Of a stretch of DNA of 64,000 nucleotides, positions 17,801 to 26,170 are shown piece by piece. The DNA lies in contig AKKQ01000003.1 in the NCBI GenBank assembly GCA_000276965.1, forward strand, positions 462-64,461, in the 5' to 3' direction. Position numbers and translations under genes: made by a program. This stretch comes from Thiovulum sp. ES (lineage in GTDB: Bacteria > Campylobacterota > Campylobacteria > Campylobacterales > Thiovulaceae). The notes below the pieces were generated by a model. The model was not told the origin of the DNA. It saw only the letters and a program-made list of their open reading frames with translations, and made no database searches. Within the stretch, counting starts at the first letter, position 1; every line of letters starts with the position of its first letter.

Positions 17801-19907
17801 GCACCTCAATAGATACTGGTTTATATGTGGATAACAAAAGCATTCTTGTATATTCAGCAATCTCTCTTTCTCTAAAAAAAAGTTCTAAATCTTCTGTACT
17901 GTTTGTATCACACATATTCTCAATATTATTACTTTGCCCTAATAACATATATAAAATGTTATTTTTTACTTCACTTGTTAAGCTATTTAATAAATTAAAT
18001 AAAGTTTGAACATTATTTTTCTTGAAAAATGAGAAAAGTATTCTGTCTTGAATTATAAAAGTCTCTTTATCTTTACTAAAAGCTCTATAAACTTTATAAC
18101 CCATTTCCAGTAAATAAATACCTAAATATCTTGACATAGAGCTACGATTTAAAACTAAATTAACAGTTTTATGCTTTTCATTTAAATAGCCATTGTATAT
18201 ATAATATATTATTAATTCAGCTAATAAATCTTTTCTAATATACCTTGAAACACCTCTTTCTGTTCGTCCAAAAAGTTCTACATCATCAAACTCTTCAACA
18301 GGTTCAAAGCTGTTTGATTTCTCATTGTAATTAAAAATTACAACTGGTTTTATAAAAATATCATTTTTGTAAAAAATTCTCTCTTTAATTAATTCAAAAT
18401 CACTGTCATCATAAAAATTTAATAAATCAAATTTGATGTCATCTGAAGTATCTTCCAAATATTTTGGAATTGGTTGAAAAAGACAATCTTTTTCAGTTAT
18501 CTCTTTTGCTTCTTTCCACTCACCATTTCCTAAATAGACTTTATGATCTCCAGTTAAAACAATTGGATTTACAAAATCTCCGTAAAAAGTCTCAATTTTA
18601 TAAAGCTCTTCTTCTATTTCATATTTGAAAGTTTCTAAAACTTCTTTTTCTCGGTTTTTGTGGCTTATGACAATATCGCCAACCTGAACCTCATCGATAC
18701 TTTTTTGAGTGAAACCAAATCCATCTTTTACATAAACTTGAGCTTCTTTTGTCAAACAGCCACGACCTGGTCCAACTGGAATATTTGTTTCACCAGAATA
18801 ACGGACAAAGTCCCAAACGATCAACATGTATCCTGGAAACTTCATACTATTTATAGTATTTATTTCGTGTTCAAGTCGGTCTCGATATTTTTGATGTTCC
18901 TCTTCTGGCACAAATTTTAATCGCTCTTCCAAACCTCTCCGAGACTGTTCAGTAAAAAGAACAGCATCATTTTCAAACGAAAATCTCTCCTCTTTTTGTG
19001 GAAGTTCTAAATCTATCTCTTTTGCATATTCAAGTGTGAATTTAAAATTTGGTGGAGTCGGATTTCCTAAATTTAGTTTCAAGTTGCATTTGTCAGCAAT
19101 CACATTTGTATTTTCAACTGCTTCAGGAATATCTTTGAAAACTTTTTCCATATCTGCGGGAGACTTGATAAAAAACTCATGAACAGTATGTCTCATTCGT
19201 TTTGGGTCGTTCCAAGTTTTTCCTGTTCCAATTGCCATATAAACTTCGTGAGCTTCAGAATCTTCTGCATTTGTATAGTGAGTGTCATTTGTCGCGACAA
19301 GCTGGATTCCCGTCTCTTTTGAAAGTCGGATGAGGTCGTTGTCGATATTAAATTGGTGTCCAATTCCGTGTCGCATAATTTCCAAATAGAAATCATCTCC
19401 GAAAATCTCTTTGTATTCTAAAGCAACTTTTTTTGCTTCTTCATACCCTTTTGAGCCTCTTTCCCGATTTTTATCACTCTGATTTAAATGAAAATTTACT
19501 TCACCAGCAAGACATGCAGAAGTGCAAACAAGACCTTCACTCCGCTCTTTCAACATTTTTTTTGGAATTCTCGGTTTGTAATACATATTTTCAAAAGCCT
19601 GAGAAGACAAATACATCAAATTTTGGTAGCCGACCTCATCTTTTGCATAGAGACAGAGGTGAAATATACCTTTCTCTTTCACTCCAAAATCGTGATTTGT
19701 TACATAAGCCTCCATTCCAATAATTGGCTTAATTCCTTCTCGACTCATTGTTTGATAAAAATCAATTGCACCGAACATATTTCCATGATCGGTGATTGCG
19801 ACGGAACTCATTCCAAGCTCTTTTATCTTTTTTGCCACATTCTTAATTTTGTTTGCACCGTCAAGTAAGGAATAGTCGGTGTGAAAATGGAGGTGTGTGT
19901 AACTCAT
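14853..19907 (-). CDS. dnaE: DNA polymerase III alpha subunit DnaE interrupted by an in-frame intein and carrying a duplicated C-terminal segment
   Basis: 1684 aa. It has an N-terminal PHP domain (HLHFHTDYSLLDG) and PVGPGRG | intein | SAAGSLVAFAL..PDIDMDF. The remaining conserved pol III alpha core runs through ..GYGFNKSHSAAYA. Confidence 0.95.
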   Translation of the reverse strand: MSYTHLHFHTDYSLLDGANKIKNVAKKIKELGMSSVAITDHGNMFGAIDFYQTMSREGIKPIIGMEAYVTNHDFGVKEKGIFHLCLYAKDEVGYQNLMYLSSQAFENMYYKPRIPKKMLKERSEGLVCTSACLAGEVNFHLNQSDKNRERGSKGYEEAKKVALEYKEIFGDDFYLEIMRHGIGHQFNIDNDLIRLSKETGIQLVATNDTHYTNAEDSEAHEVYMAIGTGKTWNDPKRMRHTVHEFFIKSPADMEKVFKDIPEAVENTNVIADKCNLKLNLGNPTPPNFKFTLEYAKEIDLELPQKEERFSFENDAVLFTEQSRRGLEERLKFVPEEEHQKYRDRLEHEINTINSMKFPGYMLIVWDFVRYSGETNIPVGPGRGCLTKEAQVYVKDGFGFTQKSIDEVQVGDIVISHKNREKEVLETFKYEIEEELYKIETFYGDFVNPIVLTGDHKVYLGNGEWKEAKEITEKDCLFQPIPKYLEDTSDDIKFDLLNFYDDSDFELIKERIFYKNDIFIKPVVIFNYNEKSNSFEPVEEFDDVELFGRTERGVSRYIRKDLLAELIIYYIYNGYLNEKHKTVNLVLNRSSMSRYLGIYLLEMGYKVYRAFSKDKETFIIQDRILFSFFKKNNVQTLFNLLNSLTSEVKNNILYMLLGQSNNIENMCDTNSTEDLELFFREREIAEYTRMLLLSTYKPVSIEVLDNIYVLKSHFASNEEEYQTFDDHIKLKVRKITKIPKKKTEVFDFSVKDDHSYTTTNYTVHNSAAGSLVAFALRITDIDPLKYDLLFERFLNPERVSMPDIDMDFAQNKRKEIIRYVQEKYGRENVAQVTTFSSLLPKGVIRDVSRVFDIPLPIVNEFVKLIPEELKITLKKAKESEPRITDSLQNNPDLQKVWDISEKLEGLKRNTGIHAAGLVISNEALWNKTPLHLSKEGDFVTQYSLDYLEDVDLIKFDFLGLKTLDVIFGAIDLVKKHKNIDIVWHDIDMNDPKVYEMMSAGKTIGMFQIESGGMRDLNKRMKPSNFEDVIALIALYRPGPMEAGMLDDFVERKHGRQDIFYPFEGKEFPEQLKEILDPTYGMIVYQEQVMQIVQKIGGFSLGKSDIVRRAMGKKKIDLMKEYKSQFADGAEEQGLDREIAEELFDLIEKFAGYGFNKSHSAAYAMITFQTAYLKAHYPAEFMASLLSTESRNMDKIALYVEEAKTMGIEILSPDINKSQKGFSIVEKDGKEAVLFGLEGIKGVGGSAVETIVEAQKNGEFKDIPDFLNRVKPNKGTFESLIKAGGFDKTNYNRKTLLDEIEKIVQFASEVGKLQKSASEGLFGDDDNFTENTKELKLVPRTEYRLKEKLELEKEVLNFYVSAHPLDEYREDISKLKNISKTTEKDDFQNWQKVFLVGFVEFEEKISNAGNLYGKGKISDFTGELEFMMFGKEMQILKQLDLSKPIGIKASLKIEDENFKLENKEFFSLDDAIQKFSDSKFKEFQEQISEFKKVSKIIDNVNFKHEQEVVFVGFVDIGEEKISKAGNPYSIGKIEDTSGEVSLIFFASEIEILKEMDLSKPIGMRTLIKLEGSEVKFNYKKFFTLDEVVEKSKKLKKGKTQEDIEPKVIENDEPTTETVKRGKTYLNLNFFLNKSEMILLRETAKELNGNFQLIIYFWYENRHFLVETDFYVLSDFGDTFLSRIGES
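17616..18758 (-). mobile_element. DnaE intein (381 aa); the endonuclease core appears degenerate
   Basis: Starts at Cys384 (codon at 18756-18758, minus strand) right after GPGRG. Ends ..NYTVHN (Asn codon 17616-17618), followed by Ser. Block B is LTGDHKV. Block F/G is VFDFSVKDDHSYTTTNYTVHN. The central region has only weak LAGLIDADG-like strings (LLAELIIYYIYNGYL) that lack the acidic residues. Confidence 0.85.
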
Positions 19908-19960
19908 TCTAGTTTAGATAACTTAAATTTATAGAGACCTATAAAGAAGCATCATTCCTT

Positions 19961-19990
19961 TCTTAAATTCTGCTAAATTCTAGCAAATTC
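19961..19990. repeat. Three tandem 10-bp repeats (nnnnAAATTC) upstream of dnaE
   Basis: TCTTAAATTC TGCTAAATTC TAGCAAATTC at 19961-19990 with exact 10-nt phasing, followed by the inverted AGAATTT. It lies between the hemA stop (19996) and the dnaE start (19907). Confidence 0.6.
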
Positions 19991-19995
19991 AGAAT

Positions 19996-21300
19996 TTATT
20001 TTTTTAAACCGATAAGACTCTCTTTCTCAATTACATGATCACACTTATAACTATTTCGAGTTTCCACTTTCTGAAAATCAAAAAGATAGTTTATCGACTC
20101 AATCATCATATCAACACTACTATCATTTGACAATTTTTTCATCTTCTTACTCATTCCATGTAGAAATTTTTTGACAGATTTTTGTGCAATTCTCTCAATT
20201 TTTTCTCGTTCATTTTCTGAAATATAGCCTTTCTGTAGAGAATATTCTATTTCGTCTTTTACACTCTCATCAGCTTTTAAATAGATATTTTTGATAAGTG
20301 GCTCGACTGAAAGAGTTGAAATCCATTTAAAAAATCGTCCAGTAAAATCACCAACTATTTTATGTGCGGATTCGATTTCCTCTTTTCGTTCAAGTTCATT
20401 TTTTCTCACACTCTCCTGTAAATCATCAATTCTAAAAATAGAAATGTTCTCAAAATTACAATTTTCAATATCCTTTGGAACAGCAAGGTCAAACCAAAAC
20501 CTCTGAAAATCAACATTTTTAATCATAAAATTGCGAATTATCGGTTCTTCTGAAGAAGTTGCTGAAAAAACCAAATCATTTGAATTGATAAGATTTTCAA
20601 GTTCAACAAAATCATGAACTTCAACACCTGCGACCTCATCGGCAATCTCTTTTGCTTTTGACCGTGTCCGATTTATAATCGTAACTTTAACACCTGCCGA
20701 ATGCAAATATTGAGAAACAAGCCGACTCATTTCTCCAGAACCAATAACAAGTGCCGAAACATTTTTTCCATCAACTAATTCTAAAGCTTTTGAAACTGAA
20801 ACACTTGCAATTGATACTTTCTTCTTTGAAATCGCAGTTTGTTGTCGAACTTCCGCCGAACACCGAAAACTATAATGAATTGCTCGAGAAATTTTTTGCC
20901 CCACAAATCCACCTTCAAATGCAAACTTGAAAGCATCTTTAATTTGTCCAACAATTTGAGTCTCCCCAATTACAAGCGAATGCAAAGACGACACAACTGA
21001 AAAAAGATGATAAATCGCCTCTTCCCGCCGAGAAATAGAAACAATTTCTAAAAGCTTTTCAAACGGTAATCCGCTGTGTTGCGAAATATCATAAAGTAGC
21101 GACCGTTCGCTTTTCTCAATTTTGTCCGCCGTAATAAAAAACTCGACTCGATTGCATGTGTTCAAAATCATAATTTCGTTCAAATAGACTTTTGCTCGAG
21201 TCATAAATTCAGAAAGTTTTCTATCGTCCTGAAATGAAATCTTGTCCCGATCGACAATATTTGTGTTTTTGTGCGAAAATGAGAGTAATAAATATTCCAT
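19996..21300 (-). CDS. hemA: Glutamyl-tRNA reductase
   Basis: 434 aa. ILNTCNRVEFF and the NAD-binding VIGSGEMS are present. Overall layout is HemA-like. Confidence 0.9.
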   Translation of the reverse strand: MEYLLLSFSHKNTNIVDRDKISFQDDRKLSEFMTRAKVYLNEIMILNTCNRVEFFITADKIEKSERSLLYDISQHSGLPFEKLLEIVSISRREEAIYHLFSVVSSLHSLVIGETQIVGQIKDAFKFAFEGGFVGQKISRAIHYSFRCSAEVRQQTAISKKKVSIASVSVSKALELVDGKNVSALVIGSGEMSRLVSQYLHSAGVKVTIINRTRSKAKEIADEVAGVEVHDFVELENLINSNDLVFSATSSEEPIIRNFMIKNVDFQRFWFDLAVPKDIENCNFENISIFRIDDLQESVRKNELERKEEIESAHKIVGDFTGRFFKWISTLSVEPLIKNIYLKADESVKDEIEYSLQKGYISENEREKIERIAQKSVKKFLHGMSKKMKKLSNDSSVDMMIESINYLFDFQKVETRNSYKCDHVIEKESLIGLKK

Positions 21301-22214
21301 TACGAACTCCTTTCAATAAGGGTTTCGACAATCTTTTTTAGCTCCACATCTTTTTCGTTAATTGAATTTAGAGCTTTTTCCGAAAACTCTTTTGCTAAAT
21401 CGAGAGCTTTTTGTAGAGAACCACTTGTTTCTAACTCTTCTAAAATCCATTCACTTTCACTTTCTGAAAGCTCTTTTTTGTGAAAACTCTCAATAATTGC
21501 TTTTGTGCTTCGATCCGATTTTTGGTGTAAATAGATATAAGGAAGAGTTGTTTTTCCCTCAACAAAATCATTCATTGCAGGTTTTCCAAGTTGCTCAGAA
21601 CTTGAAACAATGTCTAAAATATCATCAATAATTTGAAAAGCGAGACCTAAATTTTTTCCATATTCACCAAATTTTTCATCATCTCGACCTGAAATAATTG
21701 CCGAAGCACGACACGATGATTCTATTAAAGATGCTGTTTTTTTATAAATCATATCAATATATAAATATTCATCTACCGAAAAACTTTTTGACAAATTTAC
21801 ATCTAAAATTTCACCAATTGATAATTTTGTAACAGCTCCTGCAATAATTTCTATTATTTCTTTATCATATTTTCCAAGTTCCACAAATGCTTTTGAATAG
21901 AGAATATCGCCAAGCATAATAGAGATTTTGCTACCTTCAGTCGCATTTACAGAGGGAACACCTCGCCGAGTTTCTGAGTCGTCAATCACATCATCGTGAA
22001 GAAGTGAAGCAAGGTGAATAATTTCAACAATTGCTGAAAGTTCTACCATCTCATTTTCAAATTTTTCTCCACCGATGAGGTGCATTAATCGACTTCGCAC
22101 CATCTTTCCAGTTTGAATAGTTTGAAATGTTTCGCTTATATATTTATCATTTAAACTATCAACCCAAAAAGATATTTGTTTTTTTACTTTGTTTAAAAAT
22201 TCTTCTTTTTTCAT
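21300..22214 (-). CDS. ispB: Polyprenyl (octaprenyl-type) diphosphate synthase
   Basis: 304 aa with two Asp-rich motifs (LLHDDVIDDSETRRG and FQIIDDILD). Confidence 0.75.
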   Translation of the reverse strand: MKKEEFLNKVKKQISFWVDSLNDKYISETFQTIQTGKMVRSRLMHLIGGEKFENEMVELSAIVEIIHLASLLHDDVIDDSETRRGVPSVNATEGSKISIMLGDILYSKAFVELGKYDKEIIEIIAGAVTKLSIGEILDVNLSKSFSVDEYLYIDMIYKKTASLIESSCRASAIISGRDDEKFGEYGKNLGLAFQIIDDILDIVSSSEQLGKPAMNDFVEGKTTLPYIYLHQKSDRSTKAIIESFHKKELSESESEWILEELETSGSLQKALDLAKEFSEKALNSINEKDVELKKIVETLIERSS

Positions 22215-22282
22215 ATAACAATAAATAATTTACCTAAAAATTTGTCAAGTAGAAAAGTATATCGAAAAGAGAACTTTTTAAT

Positions 22283-22960
22283 TTATTTTGAGATTTTTTT
22301 GTAGAGTTTAAAGCAGGATTCAAGACTCTGTTCATTTGCAACAAATATTTGAAAGTGATCAGGAATTGCTTTTTTTGTTGTCTCTCCGATTGCAATAAAA
22401 ATTGCATCATTTGGAACTTCACTGTTTTTAAAAAGGCATTTTACAGAGAGAGGAGAAGTTGCAATAATAAAAGAGTTTTTCTCAATTGCATTGGATTTTT
22501 TGCAAACTGTTTGATACACAATCTCTTCTTTCTTAAAAACACCAAAATTTTGGAGATTTTTTCCAATTTCTCGAGCAACTTTTTGCGGACGAAAATATAG
22601 AAATTTTTTATCTTTAAATTTTTCCAAAATCAATTTTTCCAAACTTTCACCATTTCCCGATGAGGTCGCGAGAATTTTTCCACCAAATTTTAAAACTGCT
22701 TTTTTAGTTTTTTTTCCAACAGCAACTGCAGGATATTTTTTCCAATCTTCACTTATTCGATTTACAGCTTCTACTCCATTTTTAGAGGTAAAAATAAGTG
22801 TGTCAATTTCTGAAAAATCAATTTCTGGATCTAAAAATTGGATTTGAATTGTTGGATTTGAAATTGTTTCGTCAAATTTTGTCGGGGAGAGTAGATAAAT
22901 TCTATTCAAATTTTTCCTTCTTGATTGTATAATGAGAGTATGCAGGTTTTTTATGAACAT
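22283..22960 (-). CDS. hemD: Uroporphyrinogen-III synthase (probable)
   Basis: FTSKNGVEAV and a two-lobe HemD-like pattern; it sits beside hemA. The likely true start is the TTG at 22909 (residue 18, preceded by AAGGA), which removes the overlap with the divergent mcrC-like gene. Confidence 0.5.
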   Translation of the reverse strand: MFIKNLHTLIIQSRRKNLNRIYLLSPTKFDETISNPTIQIQFLDPEIDFSEIDTLIFTSKNGVEAVNRISEDWKKYPAVAVGKKTKKAVLKFGGKILATSSGNGESLEKLILEKFKDKKFLYFRPQKVAREIGKNLQNFGVFKKEEIVYQTVCKKSNAIEKNSFIIATSPLSVKCLFKNSEVPNDAIFIAIGETTKKAIPDHFQIFVANEQSLESCFKLYKKISK

Positions 22961-24058
22961 AATTATATTTCAAATGATAGTTTAGTTTCGTCAATTAGAA
23001 AAGATGTGTCGCTTCAAAGATACTTTACTTCTGATTTTGGTGGAATAAAAACCTCTTCATTTTGTGGCTCTCTCAAAGTTGGAAATAGCGATATTCTTAT
23101 TTTGCCAAAGATTTCAAAGAGTAGAGATGTGAATTTTAAAATATTCACATACATGATTCTCTATTCACACGATATTAAAAATAGGGATATAGACTCTTCC
23201 ACTTATCACGAAAACTTGCTTGAGGTTTTCATAGACATTTTTTCAAAAAGTTTGCTTGAAATAATAAACAGGAATGGTTTATACAAGGAGTATGTTTCTG
23301 TTCAAAATGAGAACAGTTTTTTAAAAGGGAAACTTATTCTTAAAGATTATATCTTAAAACGAAATGTTAGCAGTAAAATTTTATGCGAATATGATGAATT
23401 TAGTGCAAATCATAAATTAAATCAATTTTTTACCTACACAGTTCGGGAATTAAAAAAGTTTTCAAAGAACAAACTTTCTCTTATAAAACTTGAAAAAATA
23501 TTTAGCGAAGTCGAACCAATTTACAACGAAAAAATAGAATTCAATCACTTAAACATAAGGTTTAAAGAGAATTTTAATTTGGCAAAATTTTTGTTAAAAC
23601 ACTTGACAAATAAGAAAATTAGAAACTCTGAAAATTTCTCATTTATGTTTGATATGGATTTGCTTTTTGAAGATTTTATTGGAAAGATTTTTAAGGAAGT
23701 TGCAAATGCTAAATTGCAAGAAGTTGGATATTTTGGAAATTTAAAATTGACTCCAGATATTGTTTTAGATGACCTCATCGTAGATTTAAAATATAAGATT
23801 TTTAAAGATGAAGTTAAAAAAGAGGACAAGTATCAAATGTATATTTACGGGAACAATTTTGAGCGAAAAAATACTATGTTGCTCTATCCAAAACATTTTA
23901 AAAATGTTGAGACAAAATTAAAGCTAGGCAATAATGAACACGGTTTAAATCTTTTTGTGAGAACAATTGATTTAGACTCTGACTCAAATTATAAAGAGTA
24001 TATTTCAGAAATAAAAAAGAGAATAGAAAGGATTTTATATGATGAACGACTTAAGTGA
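22925..24058 (+). CDS. McrC-like PD-(D/E)xK nuclease subunit of a McrBC-type restriction system
   Basis: 377 aa. The C-terminal catalytic pattern is LTPDIVLDDLIVDLKYK (D...D-x-K), as in McrC. The likely start is the ATG at 22940 (MQVFYEHNY). The 3' end overlaps the next gene by 20 nt. Confidence 0.65.
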   Translation: MYNESMQVFYEHNYISNDSLVSSIRKDVSLQRYFTSDFGGIKTSSFCGSLKVGNSDILILPKISKSRDVNFKIFTYMILYSHDIKNRDIDSSTYHENLLEVFIDIFSKSLLEIINRNGLYKEYVSVQNENSFLKGKLILKDYILKRNVSSKILCEYDEFSANHKLNQFFTYTVRELKKFSKNKLSLIKLEKIFSEVEPIYNEKIEFNHLNIRFKENFNLAKFLLKHLTNKKIRNSENFSFMFDMDLLFEDFIGKIFKEVANAKLQEVGYFGNLKLTPDIVLDDLIVDLKYKIFKDEVKKEDKYQMYIYGNNFERKNTMLLYPKHFKNVETKLKLGNNEHGLNLFVRTIDLDSDSNYKEYISEIKKRIERILYDERLK

Positions 24059-26096
24059 AAAACTTAAAGGAATGAGTATATCAAATGACAATGATGTCGA
24101 AACTAAAAAGGAGAGTGAAGTAACAAAAGTAGAACAACTTGAAAAAGAGAATGATAAAGTTGAATTTTTCGTTAATGCCTCTATAAGTATTTTTATTAAC
24201 GATGGACTTTCTCAAAACTACATGTTTTTCCGTGATGCTTTTAGGGAGTTAAAACTGCTTTTAGAGAGTGCTGAATATATAAATATGGGTTATGAACCTA
24301 AAGTTGAAAAAAGTGATGCAGTCTATTTTCAGTCTAAAAGTTTTACATTTTTCTGTGCAACTGGAGAAAAAGGATTTTTAAGAGTTTTCCGTATCGAAAA
24401 AAGTGCTGAATACAATGAAGTGCAAGTTCGCAATGTCTTTAGTTTAATTGAAGAGTTAAATTGGAGCAAACCGAATTCTCATTTAGAGTATCTCTATTTC
24501 TCCCTAGATGTTGATAGAGGAATGATTAGTGGTGATTTTTTAAATGAGTTTTCAAACGATTCGATTCCTATTATATTTGAGACTGATAAAGTTCGAGAAG
24601 AGGATATTTTTTATGTAAAAGAGTATTTTAAAAACTCACAATATGTTGAGCTTTCTAAGGACAAAGAGAACTTAAATCTATATATTTACGGCTATAAATT
24701 AAAAGCGATTTTAAGTAGAAATAGAAACCACCTTTTTATTTTTAATATTGTTCTTGACTCTAGTAGTAAAAAGAGAGATTTCTATATTGATAGCTCAATA
24801 TTTAAATTTGGTTTGACTCAAGAAGAAGTTGATAACAAAGCAACAAATCCAGATGTAGACAGATTTTGGAATAGAGTGAGTCCGAAATTGGAATACTGTT
24901 TTAGCAATGTTCCAGACAAGGATATAGAACTAAATTTTCAAGCTCCAAAACACAATATTCCATTTAATAACGATATTGCAAATATTAAAAACGAGATTGT
25001 TGAACTTTTTTATAGAGGAAATCGAGCAATTATCTACACAAGCACACTCAAAATAGAGGCGATTGTTCATAAAACAAATTTCGATGTTAATGTAGATTTA
25101 ATCCGACACAATGGAAATCGAGAAACTCATAATAACTATGAGAAATTCCTTGTCAAAGGTTCTATCTTCGATGTTACCCAAGGGGACATAAAACAAAATA
25201 GAAAAGATAATCACAATCTTGTCTCTTTCCTAAGAAGCGGTTGCAAGAAAAAAGAGCAACAAAAAATTATTGAAACTCCTAAAATTGAATCAAAACCAGT
25301 TTTGACATCTAACAAGCAAGTAGCTTACAATTTTAAAAATATTATTCTTTCTGGAGTTGCTGGAGTTGGAAAAACTCACAACTACAAAAAACTTATCTCT
25401 CTTATTGAAAATGGTGTTCCTGAAAAAGATATTTTTAATGAATTGGTAAAAAACGATGAGGTTTTCTATGCAGATTTTAAAGATCGTGTTGAATTTATCA
25501 CTTTTCACCAAAGCTACTCTTATGAAGAGTTTATTGAAGGTTTCCGACCAAATGAACATGGTGGAATTTCAATTGAGAGCGGAGTTTTTAAAGACTTTGT
25601 TGATCGGGCAAAAAGAGACCAAAAGCAGAAATATTACTTTGTAATTGACGAAGTCAATCGTGGAAACATCTCAAAAATCTTTGGTGAGCTTATCACTCTA
25701 ATTGAAGATACGAAACGAGAAAATCTCTCCGCAAAATTACCTTACTCGAAAGAGAATTTCACAATTCCGAAAAACCTTTTTATTATTGGAACTATGAACA
25801 TTACAGACCAATCAATCTCTAAAATTGATATTGCATTGCGACGACGATTTATTTTTGTAAATATTGTTCCAAAACCGCAATTAGTTTGTGAAGAGTTCCG
25901 AGAAAGATTTGTTGAATTAAACAGATTTATTGGGGATAATTTGGGCGACGATTACTTGATTGGACACTCATATTTTATGAGATGTAATGGTGAGAATTTA
26001 AACTTTATTTTAGAACATCAAGTGATTCCGCTTGTTCAAGACTATTTTTATGGAGATAGAGAGAGTTTGGAGGCAATCGCTTCAATTTTGGTTTAA
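24039..26096 (+). CDS. McrB-like AAA+ GTPase/ATPase subunit with a long unrecognised N-terminal domain
   Basis: 685 aa. The C-terminal 250 aa or so has GVAGVGKTH (Walker A), FHQSYSYEEFIEG, FVIDEVNRGNISKIFGELITLIE (Walker B/McrB signature) and IIGTMNITDQSISKIDIALRRRF. I recognised no motif in residues 1 to about 430. Confidence 0.75.
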   Translation: MMNDLSEKLKGMSISNDNDVETKKESEVTKVEQLEKENDKVEFFVNASISIFINDGLSQNYMFFRDAFRELKLLLESAEYINMGYEPKVEKSDAVYFQSKSFTFFCATGEKGFLRVFRIEKSAEYNEVQVRNVFSLIEELNWSKPNSHLEYLYFSLDVDRGMISGDFLNEFSNDSIPIIFETDKVREEDIFYVKEYFKNSQYVELSKDKENLNLYIYGYKLKAILSRNRNHLFIFNIVLDSSSKKRDFYIDSSIFKFGLTQEEVDNKATNPDVDRFWNRVSPKLEYCFSNVPDKDIELNFQAPKHNIPFNNDIANIKNEIVELFYRGNRAIIYTSTLKIEAIVHKTNFDVNVDLIRHNGNRETHNNYEKFLVKGSIFDVTQGDIKQNRKDNHNLVSFLRSGCKKKEQQKIIETPKIESKPVLTSNKQVAYNFKNIILSGVAGVGKTHNYKKLISLIENGVPEKDIFNELVKNDEVFYADFKDRVEFITFHQSYSYEEFIEGFRPNEHGGISIESGVFKDFVDRAKRDQKQKYYFVIDEVNRGNISKIFGELITLIEDTKRENLSAKLPYSKENFTIPKNLFIIGTMNITDQSISKIDIALRRRFIFVNIVPKPQLVCEEFRERFVELNRFIGDNLGDDYLIGHSYFMRCNGENLNFILEHQVIPLVQDYFYGDRESLEAIASILV

Positions 26097-26170
26097 AAAA
26101 ATAGTTTTGATTTGATTTAAAAAAACAATTGTATTAGAATTTAAATAACTTTTTTTAAACAGGTAAATAA

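Noticed and set aside
22926-22942. A TATAAT at 22928-22933 lies immediately upstream of the probable mcrC-like ATG (22940), which could hint at a leaderless mRNA.
   Set aside because: This is pure speculation from one hexamer in AT-rich DNA, where such hexamers are frequent by chance.
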